Shown here piece by piece: positions 9,719 to 20,798 of a DNA stretch of 64,000 nt. Positions within the stretch are counted from its first letter, which is position 1; each line of letters opens with the position of its first letter. Source of the stretch: Thecamonas trahens ATCC 50062. Lineage: Eukaryota; Protista; Apusomonadida. Made by a program: the position numbers and the translations under genes. Under the pieces are notes generated by a model. The model ran no database searches. It saw only the letters and a list, made by a program, of their open reading frames with translations, and was not told the origin of the DNA. The stretch is from NCBI RefSeq assembly GCF_000142905.1, contig NW_013657673.1, positions 248,001 to 312,000 on the forward strand, written 5' to 3'.

Positions 9719-12700
9719 TCATCGCGGCTGCCACGCGGCGCCGCTTCCGGGCTTGAACCCGCCAGACTTAAAGCCACCGGTCTTGAACCCGCCGCTGTTA
9801 CTGCCGCCAGACGCGGCTGATCCAAACGAAGTCTTACCTGCACTGCTGCCGCCTCCACCAAACTTGGCGAATCCGACACCGCCGCCAGCACCGCCGCCAC
9901 CGGCAGCCGAGCCACCGGAAGAGAACTTGCCGAAACCGCCACCGGTCGATGCTGAAGACGTTCCGCCAGACTTGAACCCGCCGGACTTGAACCCGCCGGA
10001 CTTGAACCCGCCAGACTTGAACCCGCCGGCAGCCGCGCCAGCGCCACCAGATGCCGTGCCAGCCTTGAACCCGCCGGACTTGAACCCGCCAGACTTGAAC
10101 CCGCCGGCAGCCGCGCCAGTGCCACCAGATGCCGTGCCGGCCTTGAATCCGCCGGACTTGAACCCGCCGGACTTGAATCCGCCGGACTTGAACCCGCCGG
10201 CAGCCGCGCCAGCGCCACCAGATGCCGTGCCGGCCTTGAATCCGCCAGACTTGAACCCGCCGGATTTGAAGCCACCAGAATTGAACCCACCCTTGTTGAG
10301 CGACGAGAGAGTGGCAGCAACGCCACTCGACGACGAGGTGGCGTCGTCATTGTCGTCACCATCGCTAGCAGATCCCGAAGGGCTTGGCGAAACGCCGCCG
10401 CGGAAAACGGCCGGCCGCCCATCCGAGCCCGAGTAGTCGGCGTCGGAGCCAGACTCGGGAGGCGATGGCGTCGGCGTGACGCCACCGCGGAACACTGCCG
10501 GGCGGCCACCCGAGCCCGACGAGTCGTTGTCCGAGACAGACGCAACAAGGCGTGAGTGCGACTGATAAGCGCGGGTGAGGGCCTCGCCCGAGTCAGACAC
10601 ATCATCATCGTCATCAAAGTCATCGTCAAAGTCGTCGTCATCGTCGTCGTCATCGTCGTCATCATCGCCTCCAAACGGCGAGGCGTTCGACAATCCCGAC
10701 GGGGTTGGCGGTACAGCCCCCGCACTTGTCGACCCAAACTTGGTCTTGAGCGCAAATGAGGCTGGCTTGCCGCTTCCACCGGCCTTGAATCCGCCGGCCT
10801 TGAATCCACCGGCCTTAAACCCGCTCGTTGCAGACGCCGGATTGTCGGTGGCAGCAGCAGCAGCGCCGCTTGCCTTGGCACCGCCAGCCTTGAACCCGCC
10901 GGCCTTGAACCCGCCAGCCTTAAACCCGCCGGCCTTGAACCCGCCCGTCGCAGATGCTGGTTTGTCAGCGGTAGCGGCCGCGCCGCCACTTGTCTTGGCT
11001 CCACCAGCCTTGAACCCGCCGGCCTTAAACCCGCCGGCCTTGAACCCGCCCGTCGCAGATGCTGGCTTGTCAGCGGTAGCGGCCGCGCCGCCACTTGTCT
11101 TTGCTCCGCCAGCCTTGAACCCACCGGCCTTAAACCCGCCGGCCTTGAACCCGCCCGTCGCAGATGCTGGCTTGTCAGCGGTAGCGGCCGCGCCGCCACT
11201 AGTCTTTGCTCCGCCAGCCTTGAACCCACCGGCCTTAAACCCGCCGGCCTTGAACCCGCCCGTCGCAGACGCCGGCTTGTCGGCGGTGGCAGCAGCAGCA
11301 GCAGCGCCGCCAGCCTTGGCACCACCAGCCTTGAACCCGCCGGCCTTGAACCCGCCAGTCTTGGCCCCGCCAGCCTTGAATCCGCCCGTCGCAGACGCAA
11401 GCTTACCCCCGGCAGCAGTCGCACCGCCACTTGTCTTGGCTCCGCCGGCCTTGAAACCGCCGGCCTTGAAACCACCCGCCGCGGCCGCCGGTTTCGCCGC
11501 TGCAGTAGAAGCGGTCTTGAGGCCTGCGGGCTTGGCGGCGCCGGTAGCCAGAGTCGGCTTGTTGACCTTGAACGCGTTTCCAGAGCTCGCGCCAGCAGCA
11601 GCCTTGGCAACCGGCTCAACCTTGCCCAGCCCGGTGGTGGCGGGGGTGACAAGGCCCGACTTGTTGAACTTGGACTTCATCGCGGCCTTGGGCGTGCCCG
11701 CGGCCGGAAGGCCTTCGGCAGCAGCTGCCGACAGCCCGACGTCGGCCATGCTCAGCGGCTTGGGCGCGCTAAGCTTGATGCTGCCAGCGGGCGCCACCGC
11801 AGCTGCGGCCTGCGCGGGCGCCTTGCTCCTCTGACGAGCAATGGCGTCTGCTGCCCGCACACCGTGGGAACCGGTCGGGAGATTCATCTCGGTTGCACGG
11901 ACCCGCAGGTCGGCAATGGTTGCCACAAGAGAGGCATCGACGTCGGTGGACGCTTCGGTACGGGCACGCCGGACCGGTACCACTGTACCTGAGCTCTGCA
12001 CCGCGTGTGCAATCTCGCCCATCCGCCGTTTCATCTCCGACGCCCCGAGGCCCGGCGTCCGCATCCGCACAGAAGTCGAGAGCACCCGCGCATCGCTTGG
12101 CATGGGCCTGCCGGGCGAGAGTGAGCGTGGAGGCCGCGAGCGACCACACACCGGCGACTTGCCCACATGCCGCAGCAGTGCATCGATGCGGGCCTCCATC
12201 TGGTCCAGATCGGCCTTGTGAACCTGCGCAGCTCGGACCTGCGCGGCAATCGAGCCGTAAATTGCCGAGAGCGACGGCCGCGCGCGCTGTGCGTGGACGC
12301 CGCGGTCCTGTGACGCCAGCATCCGCGAGATGTGGCCCTCAAGAACTGAGAGCGACCGCTCGACCTCCTGCACGCTTGCCTGCAGCTTGCGCGCATGTTG
12401 CTGTGACTCGGGATCCAGCGCACGGGCGCTGAGCAGCTGTTGGTAGTGCGGATCCGCCCGCTTGGACAGAAGCGTGTGGCCGTCCTTCGCCTGTGCGCAC
12501 TCGGTAACCAGCTCTTGTCCCAGCGCACTGAGCTTGTGCTCCTGATCCACGGCCTCGCGCTTGAGCGCTTCCATCTTGGCCGCCAGTGCCGCTGCCATCG
12601 ACGCCGTCGACTCCATGCGACGCGCCGAAAACTGATCCGCGCCTCCCGCGGCCACCTCCTTGATGAGCGCCCCCGACGCAGCGCGCAACTGTGCGACCTC

Positions 12701-15550
12701 GTTCAGTGCCGACCGCATGTGTGCAAACTCGTCGTGGTACTGCTGCTCCAGCGGGTGGTGTTCCGCGCGCGCCGCACTTGCCACCTTTGGCGCTGCCGCC
12801 GCGGAAGAGTTCGATGCTCCAGCCCCATCACGCGTGCCCTTCATCGAAAAGCCCTTGGTAAAGACCGACGAGATCTTGATGGGCTTCATCGGTGCAGTCA
12901 CTGCGGGCATGTCCACCAGCTCAACAACCGGTGCCGAACCTGACCCTGCCGGACTAGGCGCCGCTTCCGTGTCAGCCGAGGCGTCCGCTGCACTGGCGGC
13001 TGGTGCGTCCGCAGCATCGCTCTTCTGCGAATCTGCGCTCTTGTCACCGCCGAGTTTGAACCCGCCAGCCGCCGGTGTCTTGGCCTTGTTGCCGCCGAGG
13101 TTGAACCCGCCAGCTGTCGCTGCCTTGGCCTTGTCGCCGCCGAGGTTGAACCCGCCAGCTGTCGCTGCCTTGGCCTTGTTACCACCTAGGTTGAACCCGC
13201 CAGCCGTCGGTGTCTTGGCTTGTTGCCGCGAGGTTGAACCCGATCTTGATGGGCTTCATCGGTGCAGTCACTGCGGGCATGTCCACCAGCTCAACAACCG
13301 GTGCCGAACCTGACCCTGCCGGACTAGGCGCCGCTTCCGTGTCAGCCGAGGCGTCCGCTGCACTGGCGGCTGGTGCGTCCGCAGCATCGCTCTTCTGCGA
13401 ATCTGCGCTCTTGTCACCGCCGAGTTTGAACCCGCCAGCCGCCGGTGTCTTGGCCTTGTTGCCGCCGAGGTTGAACCCGCCAGCTGTCGCTGCCTTGGCC
13501 TTGTCGCCGCCGAGGTTGAACCCGCCAGCTGTCGCTGCCTTGGCCTTGTTACCACCTAGGTTGAACCCGCCAGCCGTCGGTGTCTTGGCCTTGTTGCCGC
13601 CGAGGTTGAACCCGCCAGCTGTCGGTGTCTTGGCCTTGTTACCACCTAGGTTGAACCCGCCAGCCGTCGGTGTCTTGGCCTTGTTGCCGCCGAGGTTGAA
13701 CCCGCCAGTCGTCGGTGTCTTGGCCTTGTTGCCGCCGAGGTTGAACCCGCCAGTCGTCGGTGACTTGCCCTTGTTGCCGCCGAGGTTGAAGCCACCGGTC
13801 TTAAAACCGGTTGATGGCTTGATGTCAGACGACGGCGGGGGGGCACCGAGAATGATCGGGCCGTCACCAGCCTCTGCCGCAGGCTCGGGCGATGCCGCCG
13901 CGGGTGGACCACCGAGAATGATCGGGCCGTCACCAGCCTCTGCCGCAGGCTCGGGTGATGCCGCCGCGGGTGGACCACCGAGAATGATCGGGCCGTCACC
14001 AGCCTCTGCCGCAGGCTCGGGCGACGCTGCCGCGGGCGGGCCACCGAGAATGATTGGGCCATCGCCAGGGCTAGCTTCAGCCTGAGGCGCGTCAGGCAGA
14101 GACTGCCTGACAGTCATGACCTCGGCGACCCGTTCGAGCTCCTCGGGGCGCGCTGCGTGGAGGCCGTGGACAACCATCGCGCCGTCGGTGGTGAGTGTGA
14201 GAAGAACAGGCAGCGGTGGCGGGAGCTCGGTGTAGTCGGTCGGGCACTTTGCATGGTAGACCTTGGGCGAGGTGTACCATGCGGTGCCGAGGTTGTAGGT
14301 TTCCTTCCTGTTCTTCAACGACAGTGGAATTGCGGCCTCGGCACCCTCATTAAGCAGCAGTAGCTTCCACGGCTCGTCAGCAGAGTCCTGCTGAGCCAGG
14401 TCGATGTCCTTACTGGCTGAAGTGGCCACCGCCATCAGCAGCCACGGCCGCAGAAGCTCAAACTGTGCCCGCACGCCACGCTTCTCGCTCGGCCGCGTCG
14501 GTGCCACATCGAGCTCCATGAAGCTGGCTTCGCCGCCGTGTCGTGAGACAACAGCCATCCCGCCGCCATGGTGCGGTGCCTCGGCCGCACCGTACCACAC
14601 CGCCCACTGCGTGTTGTGGATCCACGAGAGCGAGACCGGTACGCAGCCGGCCAGATCAGCCTCGCTTGCCGGTGGTGCCGGTATGCCTGCGCCCGACACA
14701 GTGAGCGCAGGCACCGAGTGGGTGGTAATACTTCCGTTGCTCAGTCCACAGGCCAGCTTAGAGCCCTTGGGCGACCAGCTCACGCTCAGCACGCCAGCCA
14801 CACTGCCCGAGCCAGCCAGCTCGCCGTCGGCGCGCACAAGCACCAGCTGCTCGTCGGCCGAGACCACTGCCAGCAGGTCCGGAAACTTGCCTGTGTTCCA
14901 CTCCATCTCCACCACCGCCGCCCCCACCGCGACTCGCCCAACCACGCCAACAGTCGAGCCTGGTGCCGCCCGCGCAAGCACTCGCATGTCGACCAGAACC
15001 ACCTCGGCGGCGGTGCCGACCGCAAGCGTCAGCTCGTCGCACGAGAGAGCGAGAAACCTGATGTCTTCGACGTCCGGCAGGTGGACAGGCTCGGGAATGA
15101 CGACCTCGATCTGGCTCAGATTTCTGTTCACGGCTGTTGCATCGCTTGGCAGCACGCTGTCCATATCCAGCACATACACTCCGCCTGTGTCGCACTACCC
15201 GGTGAGTCGCTTCATCCAACCTCACAGCACGGTGAAGGCGAGGGGGGAGGGGAGGGGGATGGCCCAGTTGGGCCGAGGGCACTGCCCTTGGCAAAGTGGG
15301 GGAGCAGGGTAGATAGAAGGGGGGGAGGGGGGGAGGGGAAAGAGGAGAAGGGAAGCATACCTGTGGGCTCAGCCACCACCACCTTTGCGTAGGTGTTGGA
15401 CAGGGCGAGCAGCCGCGACTCGGGCGGGAGCTGGGCGCCGTCACCAGAGGCATGAAGACGAGGAAGAACGACAGACGGTTTGTTTCCCACCTTGAAGAGA
15501 CCAAAGTACTCGCAATCTTCCTCGTACGAGCCTGACTCGGACTCGCTCAT
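9719..15550 (-). CDS. NUP214: Nucleoporin Nup214/Nup159-like (beta-propeller, repeats, coiled coil, repeats); intron 15185-15360; frame broken at about 13219-13230 inside a tandem duplication
   Basis: N-terminal LLALSNTYAKVVVA, LSVSWSPKGSKLACG and PPVLLTLTTDG match the Nup214 propeller. Central coiled coil; abundant Phe-Gly-like (GGF) repeats. Confidence 0.85.
9750..11480 (-). repeat. Coding 15-nt repeats encoding GGFK[A/S], in higher-order blocks
   Basis: About 37 GGFK motifs counted in the 9719..12916 translation. Confidence 0.95.
12872..13613. repeat. Direct tandem duplication: 12872-13241 (370 nt) and 13242-13613 (372 nt)
   Basis: The copies appear identical except for two single-base deletions near 13219 and 13229 in the first copy. 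Confidence 0.92.
13843..14063 (-). repeat. 66-nt coding repeat (GDGPIILGGPPAAASPEPAAEA), about 3.5 copies
   Basis: The GAGAATGAT core recurs every 66 nt. Confidence 0.9.
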
Positions 15551-15639
15551 CTTCTCCAGCGTCAAGTACTGCCACCCCCTCCCCTCGCCTCCCTACCTCC
15601 CCGCCAACCCCACCTCTGTCTCGGTGTCCACTTGACGTC

Positions 15640-15722
15640 ACCCCACGATCACCCCACGATCACCCCCACGATCACCCCACGATCACCCCCACGATCACCA
15701 CACAATCACCCCACGATCACCA
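15640..15722. repeat. 11-12 bp minisatellite (CCCCACGATCA)n
   Basis: About 7 copies between the divergent NUP214 and FERM genes. Confidence 0.9.
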
Positions 15723-15914
15723 CACAATTCCCCCATCCACCAACACATACATACCACATATCGTATATCATACACCACATCCCCTCCCCCCCCCCCTTCC
15801 CCTCCCCACTCAACCGCTGCCACTCGTTCGCGCTCGCTCTTCCGCGGCTCGACACCGCACTCACTCTATCGCTCGCAAAGTACTTGCATCTCTCTCTCCC
15901 TGGCAGAGAGTAGA

Positions 15915-17666
15915 ATGGTAAGTGGTGGCTGTTAGATTTGGTGGTTGTACCGGTGGCTCTTTGGCTGGGACTGAGACGCTTGGCCTTGGCCATGGCTGGC
16001 TCCACCGACCGAGTGAGCGGGCCAACGGCCGTCGGCATACCACGCTGCGGGTATGGGGCTTGGGGGGCGAATAACGTAGGGTACTACGGTAGCTGTTGCA
16101 GGGAGGAGGGGCGCAGAATAGGGGAGAAAGTAGGATGTGACTCACAGGTATGGGATGTGGCTGTAGGCGGCACCATCGCGGGTGTTGTGCCGGGTGTTCC
16201 TGGCCAACAAGGAGGTCAAGACATTGGCACTCGAGGCGGGGACGACGGGCGCTCAACTCAAGGTGGCGGTGATGAGCAAGCTGGGGGTGGAGGAGCGGTT
16301 TGGGCAGCTATTTGCTATCTTTTGTGCTACGAGCAAGAGCCGGACCCTGCTTGATGACAGCGTGGTTGTCCCGGATCTCCTCACCAAGTGGGCAGACTTT
16401 CCCGAGGAGACCAAGCCATGGATCCAGTTCTCTCTCTTCATGTTTGCCACCGACAAGCTGTTGGCTGTCTCGGACGCTGTGGTTAACAACTTGATTTTTC
16501 TGGAGGTGGCGACGTGGATTGCATCATCACAGTGCTTGCCCGACTCTGATCAGGTTGCCTCGCTCGGCGGCCTGCACTGCCAGGCGCTGTTTGGCGACTT
16601 TGACGCCGGCCGCCACGCGCGCGGCTTTCTCAAGACCCGCCACATCGAAGACTACGTGCCGAGTCACATGGCCAGGGACAAGTCGATGGATGACTGGGAA
16701 GAAGCTATTCTTGCCGAGTGGGCCAAGCTGTCTGGGCTGAGCAGCGAAGCGGCGCGGACGCGGTACATCGAGGCTGCCTCGTCGACATCGCTATTCAACA
16801 CGGTATGGATCCGCCCCTGCCCGTCGCCATCATTCGAGCGCAAGGTCCGCCTTGGCGTCGGCACGCAGGGTTTTGTTGTTGTCGCTCACGACACCTTTGC
16901 CATCCTCGCGGTCTTTCCGCATCGCAAGCTCCGCCGATGGGTCGGCGACGCCAACAAGTTCATCATCGAGGTCCGCGTCTCGCCCTCGCTCGTGGTCCAC
17001 GAATTCACCACCACCGAAGCTTCCTTTATTAACGCCTGCCTCAAGACATGTGTGGAGCAGCTTTTTGCCGACCTCATGACGCAGACAAGCACCCCCCGGG
17101 TCGACAACAACGCCGATGAGGCGGCGGTTTCTAGCTCTGAGCCCGACGCGCCGAGTAAGGCCAAGTCGAAGGACAAGGAGAAGAAGAAGAAGAAGGCCAA
17201 GGCCGACGGGGAGCCACTGCCTGACGACGAGGCTGCTGCCGATGCTGCAGCTGATGCCGCTGTCGAGCCCGAGTCCGACGCACCAGACGCAGCCTCCGCC
17301 GAAAAGGCCGATGGCGCCGATGCCTCGCCGCCGCCCAGCCCCAAGAAAAAGACCGTCAAGAAGAAGGCCGCCAAGAAGAAGGGTGTCAAGAAGAAGGCCG
17401 CCAAGAAGAAGGGTGTCAAGAAGAAGGGCACGCCCAAGAAGAAGGCCACCGGCGGCTCGAGCGCACCCGGATCGGTCAAGAAGAAGAAGGGTGTCACCAA
17501 GAAGAAGGGCGTCAAGAAGAAGGGCGTCAAGAAGAAGGGCACGCCCAAGAAGAAGGGCACGCCCAAGAAGAAGGGCACGCCCAAGAAGAAGGGCACGCCC
17601 AAGAAGAAGGGTGTCAAGAAGAAGGGCGTCAAGAAGAAGGTCGCCAAGAAGAAGGCCACATCATGA
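15915..17666 (+). CDS. FERM-domain protein with a lysine-rich histone-H1-like tail; first coding exon is ATG only, intron 15918-16166
   Basis: ATG|GTAAGT...TGTAG|GCG splices in frame. FERM F1-F3 motifs (LGGLHCQALFGD, WEEAILAEWAKLSGLS, LGVGTQG); KKKGTP/KKKGV repeats. Confidence 0.85.
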
Positions 17667-17677
17667 CCATCTGCTCA

Positions 17678-18918
17678 TCACGATGTAGCATCCCGGTAAA
17701 GATCGGCATCAGGCTCGGGACTGCTTGCCCCTGCATCGCCAGCGCCAGCAGGTGTTGCTGCTGTTGTTGTTGTTGTCGGCGCTGCGGCTGTCGGAGGCGG
17801 CGCACTCACGTTCGCATCGGTGGGCAACTCGTGGCGGCAGACCGGACACGAGTTGGACGACTTGAGCCACGGGACGATGCAGGCCTTGTGGAACAGGTGG
17901 TGGCACGGGAGCTCGGCAACCGTCTCGCTCTCGGTGTACTCCTCCTGACAGACGGCACAAGCTGCAGAGTCAGCGACCTGACTTGCAAGAACCTTGACCA
18001 TTGGCATAGACTCCACGAACGAGGAGGCGGCAGGACGTGCGGCGGCATGGTTGGGGTCGAGCTGCATGAGCCTGTCGATGACCGCCTGCAGCGACGACGC
18101 GCCGCCCAGGACATAGTCACCCAGTGTTGGCGGCGCCTGGCCGGGACGTCCGCCAGCGCCTAGCCGGATCTGGAAAACCGGAGCTGCATGAACGAAGTGG
18201 GCAGGAGCGGCGGTGCCTGCTGCGCGCGGTGGACCGAGCCGAGCGACCGCATCATTTGCCCAAAGACCTCAAAGACAGGCGAGAGCCCCGCGGCTCCGGA
18301 AGTGCTCGGCAAGCCCCCGAGGTTGTGCGGACAACTCGCGTGACTGCCGGTTGGCCGCCTGGGCCAACTGACACCATACCGACAGCCGGTGCCAACCCAG
18401 GCGCCGACGACGAAGGCGGGGGAGGTGATGACGACGCCGCCGATGGCGGAGGAGCTGAACTTGACGACTCGGACGATGGTGCTGCTGGCGCTGGCGGCGG
18501 AACCGATCCTGGCGACGGAGGCTGGGCCATGGCCTGCAGCGCAGACGTCATGCTCTGCAGGACGTGTGCGTAAAAGTCAGGAGGCATCGTGGCAGGCTGT
18601 GCATGTGAAGGAGGGGCGGTGATGAGTGCGGATGCGGATGCGGGCATGAGGGGGGGGGGGGGGGGGGGGAGGGAGAGATGGGAGCAAGTGGGCGTGAGGT
18701 GAGGTGCGTACCGATGCAGGGATGTCTCGCGGCGGTAGCAAAGGAAGTAGCGGGTTGGGATGCGAATGGGCATCAGGATGAGGTGCGCTGGGCGAGGCGT
18801 AACCCTCGGGCGGGTCGTCCGGGTCAATGACCTCGGTAAAGTCGGAAGAGCAAACGAGGCAAGCGCCAGCAGCATCGACAGCCACCGCTGCCGCGCACTC
18901 GTGGCACCAGTGTGGCAT
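17678..18918 (-). CDS. RNF126/RNF115-like RING-H2 E3 ligase; intron 18597-18711; frameshift(s) at about 18230-18320
   Basis: N-terminal zinc ribbon WCHEC...CLVCSSDFTE; LGDYVLG..LQAVIDRLM; RING-H2 CAVCQEEY..LPCHHLFHKACIVPWL..NSCPVCR. Confidence 0.88.
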
Positions 18919-19556
18919 AAGGGAAGGGGGAGTGTGGAAGGCGGGAGGTAGAGGAGGGAAGGAGAGAGAGATGGTACAAGGCGTGGTGCAAGCGCAAGTT
19001 GAGGTGGCGTCATGAATGAAGAAGGTCAAAGTGTGCCTGTGACCGGCGGACGGGTGGGCGACGGCAGCGAAACACGCACATCACCCCACAGATCAACTTC
19101 GACCACAACAGGACCATGACAAGGGGAAGGCACAGGTTGGCGGATAGATGGATGGATTGAATTAATCCCCTGCCCTCACCCATGGCAACCAGATGGCAAC
19201 GCCCTGCCGCGGGCTTTGCTACTAACACTCGCGGTTGGCAGAGCCCTCCGAAGGCGTCGACAATGTCGGCTCCACCACGGAGGCGCGAAACACCCCACCC
19301 ACCCACCCTTTTGATGACGATCTCTGACAATGTCGACGACGGGCGTTCTCTGAGTGTTTGGATACTACCTTGATCCCACGAGAGCGCTAGCTAACCATAC
19401 GATAGTTGCACGTGTGGATGGGATCACCGTGCCGATTGGTGGCATGATGTGGTGGGCAGAGAGCGACCGCTCGGCGGTCAAGTGCGAGAGTGGCCAACCC
19501 TCTTCTCCACCCCTCCCCCTCCACGCACCACTCGTCTTCCACTGAAAGAAGCGATC

Positions 19557-20560
19557 ATGTCCAGCCTCACATTCAAGCAGGACGAGTTCAAGGTACGCCA
19601 GCAAGGAAGCATGCCAACTCGCTGGCATGCAAGCACCAAGCACCACTCATCCCCCCCCCCCCTTCCCCCTCCGCCCCTCCGCTGTCCGCACTCTCCAATA
19701 CGTGGGTGGCTGATCTGGATCATGATCGCTGCCGCACCCCCTCCCTTCCCTCCCTTACACACTCACACTCACACACACACACACACGCACATACACACAC
19801 ACACATGAACCCTCTCTTTCTCCTCATGCAGATTGTGTACATCCCAGCAGACCAGAGCCAGGCGTTGGAAGAGTGGACGGTGGCCATCCCGCCGGGTAAG
19901 AAGATCGAATGCCTCACCAATCGGCTCAAGGAGCACTTTCAGGCTGCCACGCCGTCAGCTTCTGCCGAGGAGAAGGAAGCACAGCGGGAGGCGATTCGCC
20001 AGCAACTGCAGGAGAAGATGCCTGGTGGTGCTACGGTGCCGAGCGAGCTTGTCGACCACTTTGCGCTGATGAGCACGGTCGACACGGTCCCGCTGTTGGT
20101 CAACAAGGCGGCTCACGACTACATCGGCGTCTTTCTCTACGTCGACGACCAGGGCGTGATCAAGAACCTCCCGCTTAACGAGCGGGCAAGCCTGGTGGCC
20201 ATGGCGGCAGGAAACCCACTGAGGGTCATGGGCGACGCCTTTCTTGGCATGATCTACGACAACGACGACGACTTTGAGCGGCTGGACTTTACGCTCGACA
20301 CGCTCAAGAACGGCGAGTGGCGGGCTAAGGCCAAGGCCGACAACGAGGCCAAGGCCGCCAAGGCCGCAGCCAGCGGCGGACAGGTAGCCAACTCGGGGGC
20401 GACGCCTGGCTCGGCACGATCCCGTTGTGCGCAGGGCTTCCTCGCCGCGTGCACCAATGAGGGCAAGCTGCGGTGCGCGCGATGCAAGAACATCCTGTAC
20501 TGCTCGAAGGAGTGCCAGCGGGCCGACTGGAAGCGGCACAAGGCGAGCTGCACCAAGTAA
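19557..20560 (+). CDS. MYND zinc-finger protein; intron 19593-19831
   Basis: MSSLTFKQDEFK|IVYIPAD splices in phase 0. C-terminal CARCKNILYCSKECQRADWKRHKASC. Confidence 0.85.
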
Positions 20561-20798
20561 GGCTACAGTAGCAATAACACCCAAGGGAAGCACAGGAGCA
20601 GGATAATAGAAATAAAACAATTTGCTTGCTGTGCAGATCAAGGCCGTCCAGGGCGAAGCTGGTGTTGATGGTTGTGACAAATGAGCGTAAGAGTTGGACG
20701 AGACAATCGAGAGATGAAAGGGGGGCAGGCGAGCGGGAGGCCAAAGCTCACACCATACCCAAGATAACTGGAGAGGCTGCGTCCACATCAAGTCAACA

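Noticed and set aside
9594-14085. Plus-strand LNPP-repeat ORFs
   Set aside because: Antisense shadows of the NUP214 repeats.
16886-17659. Phe-rich 'membrane protein' ORF on the minus strand
   Set aside because: Antisense of the AAG-rich lysine tail of the FERM gene.
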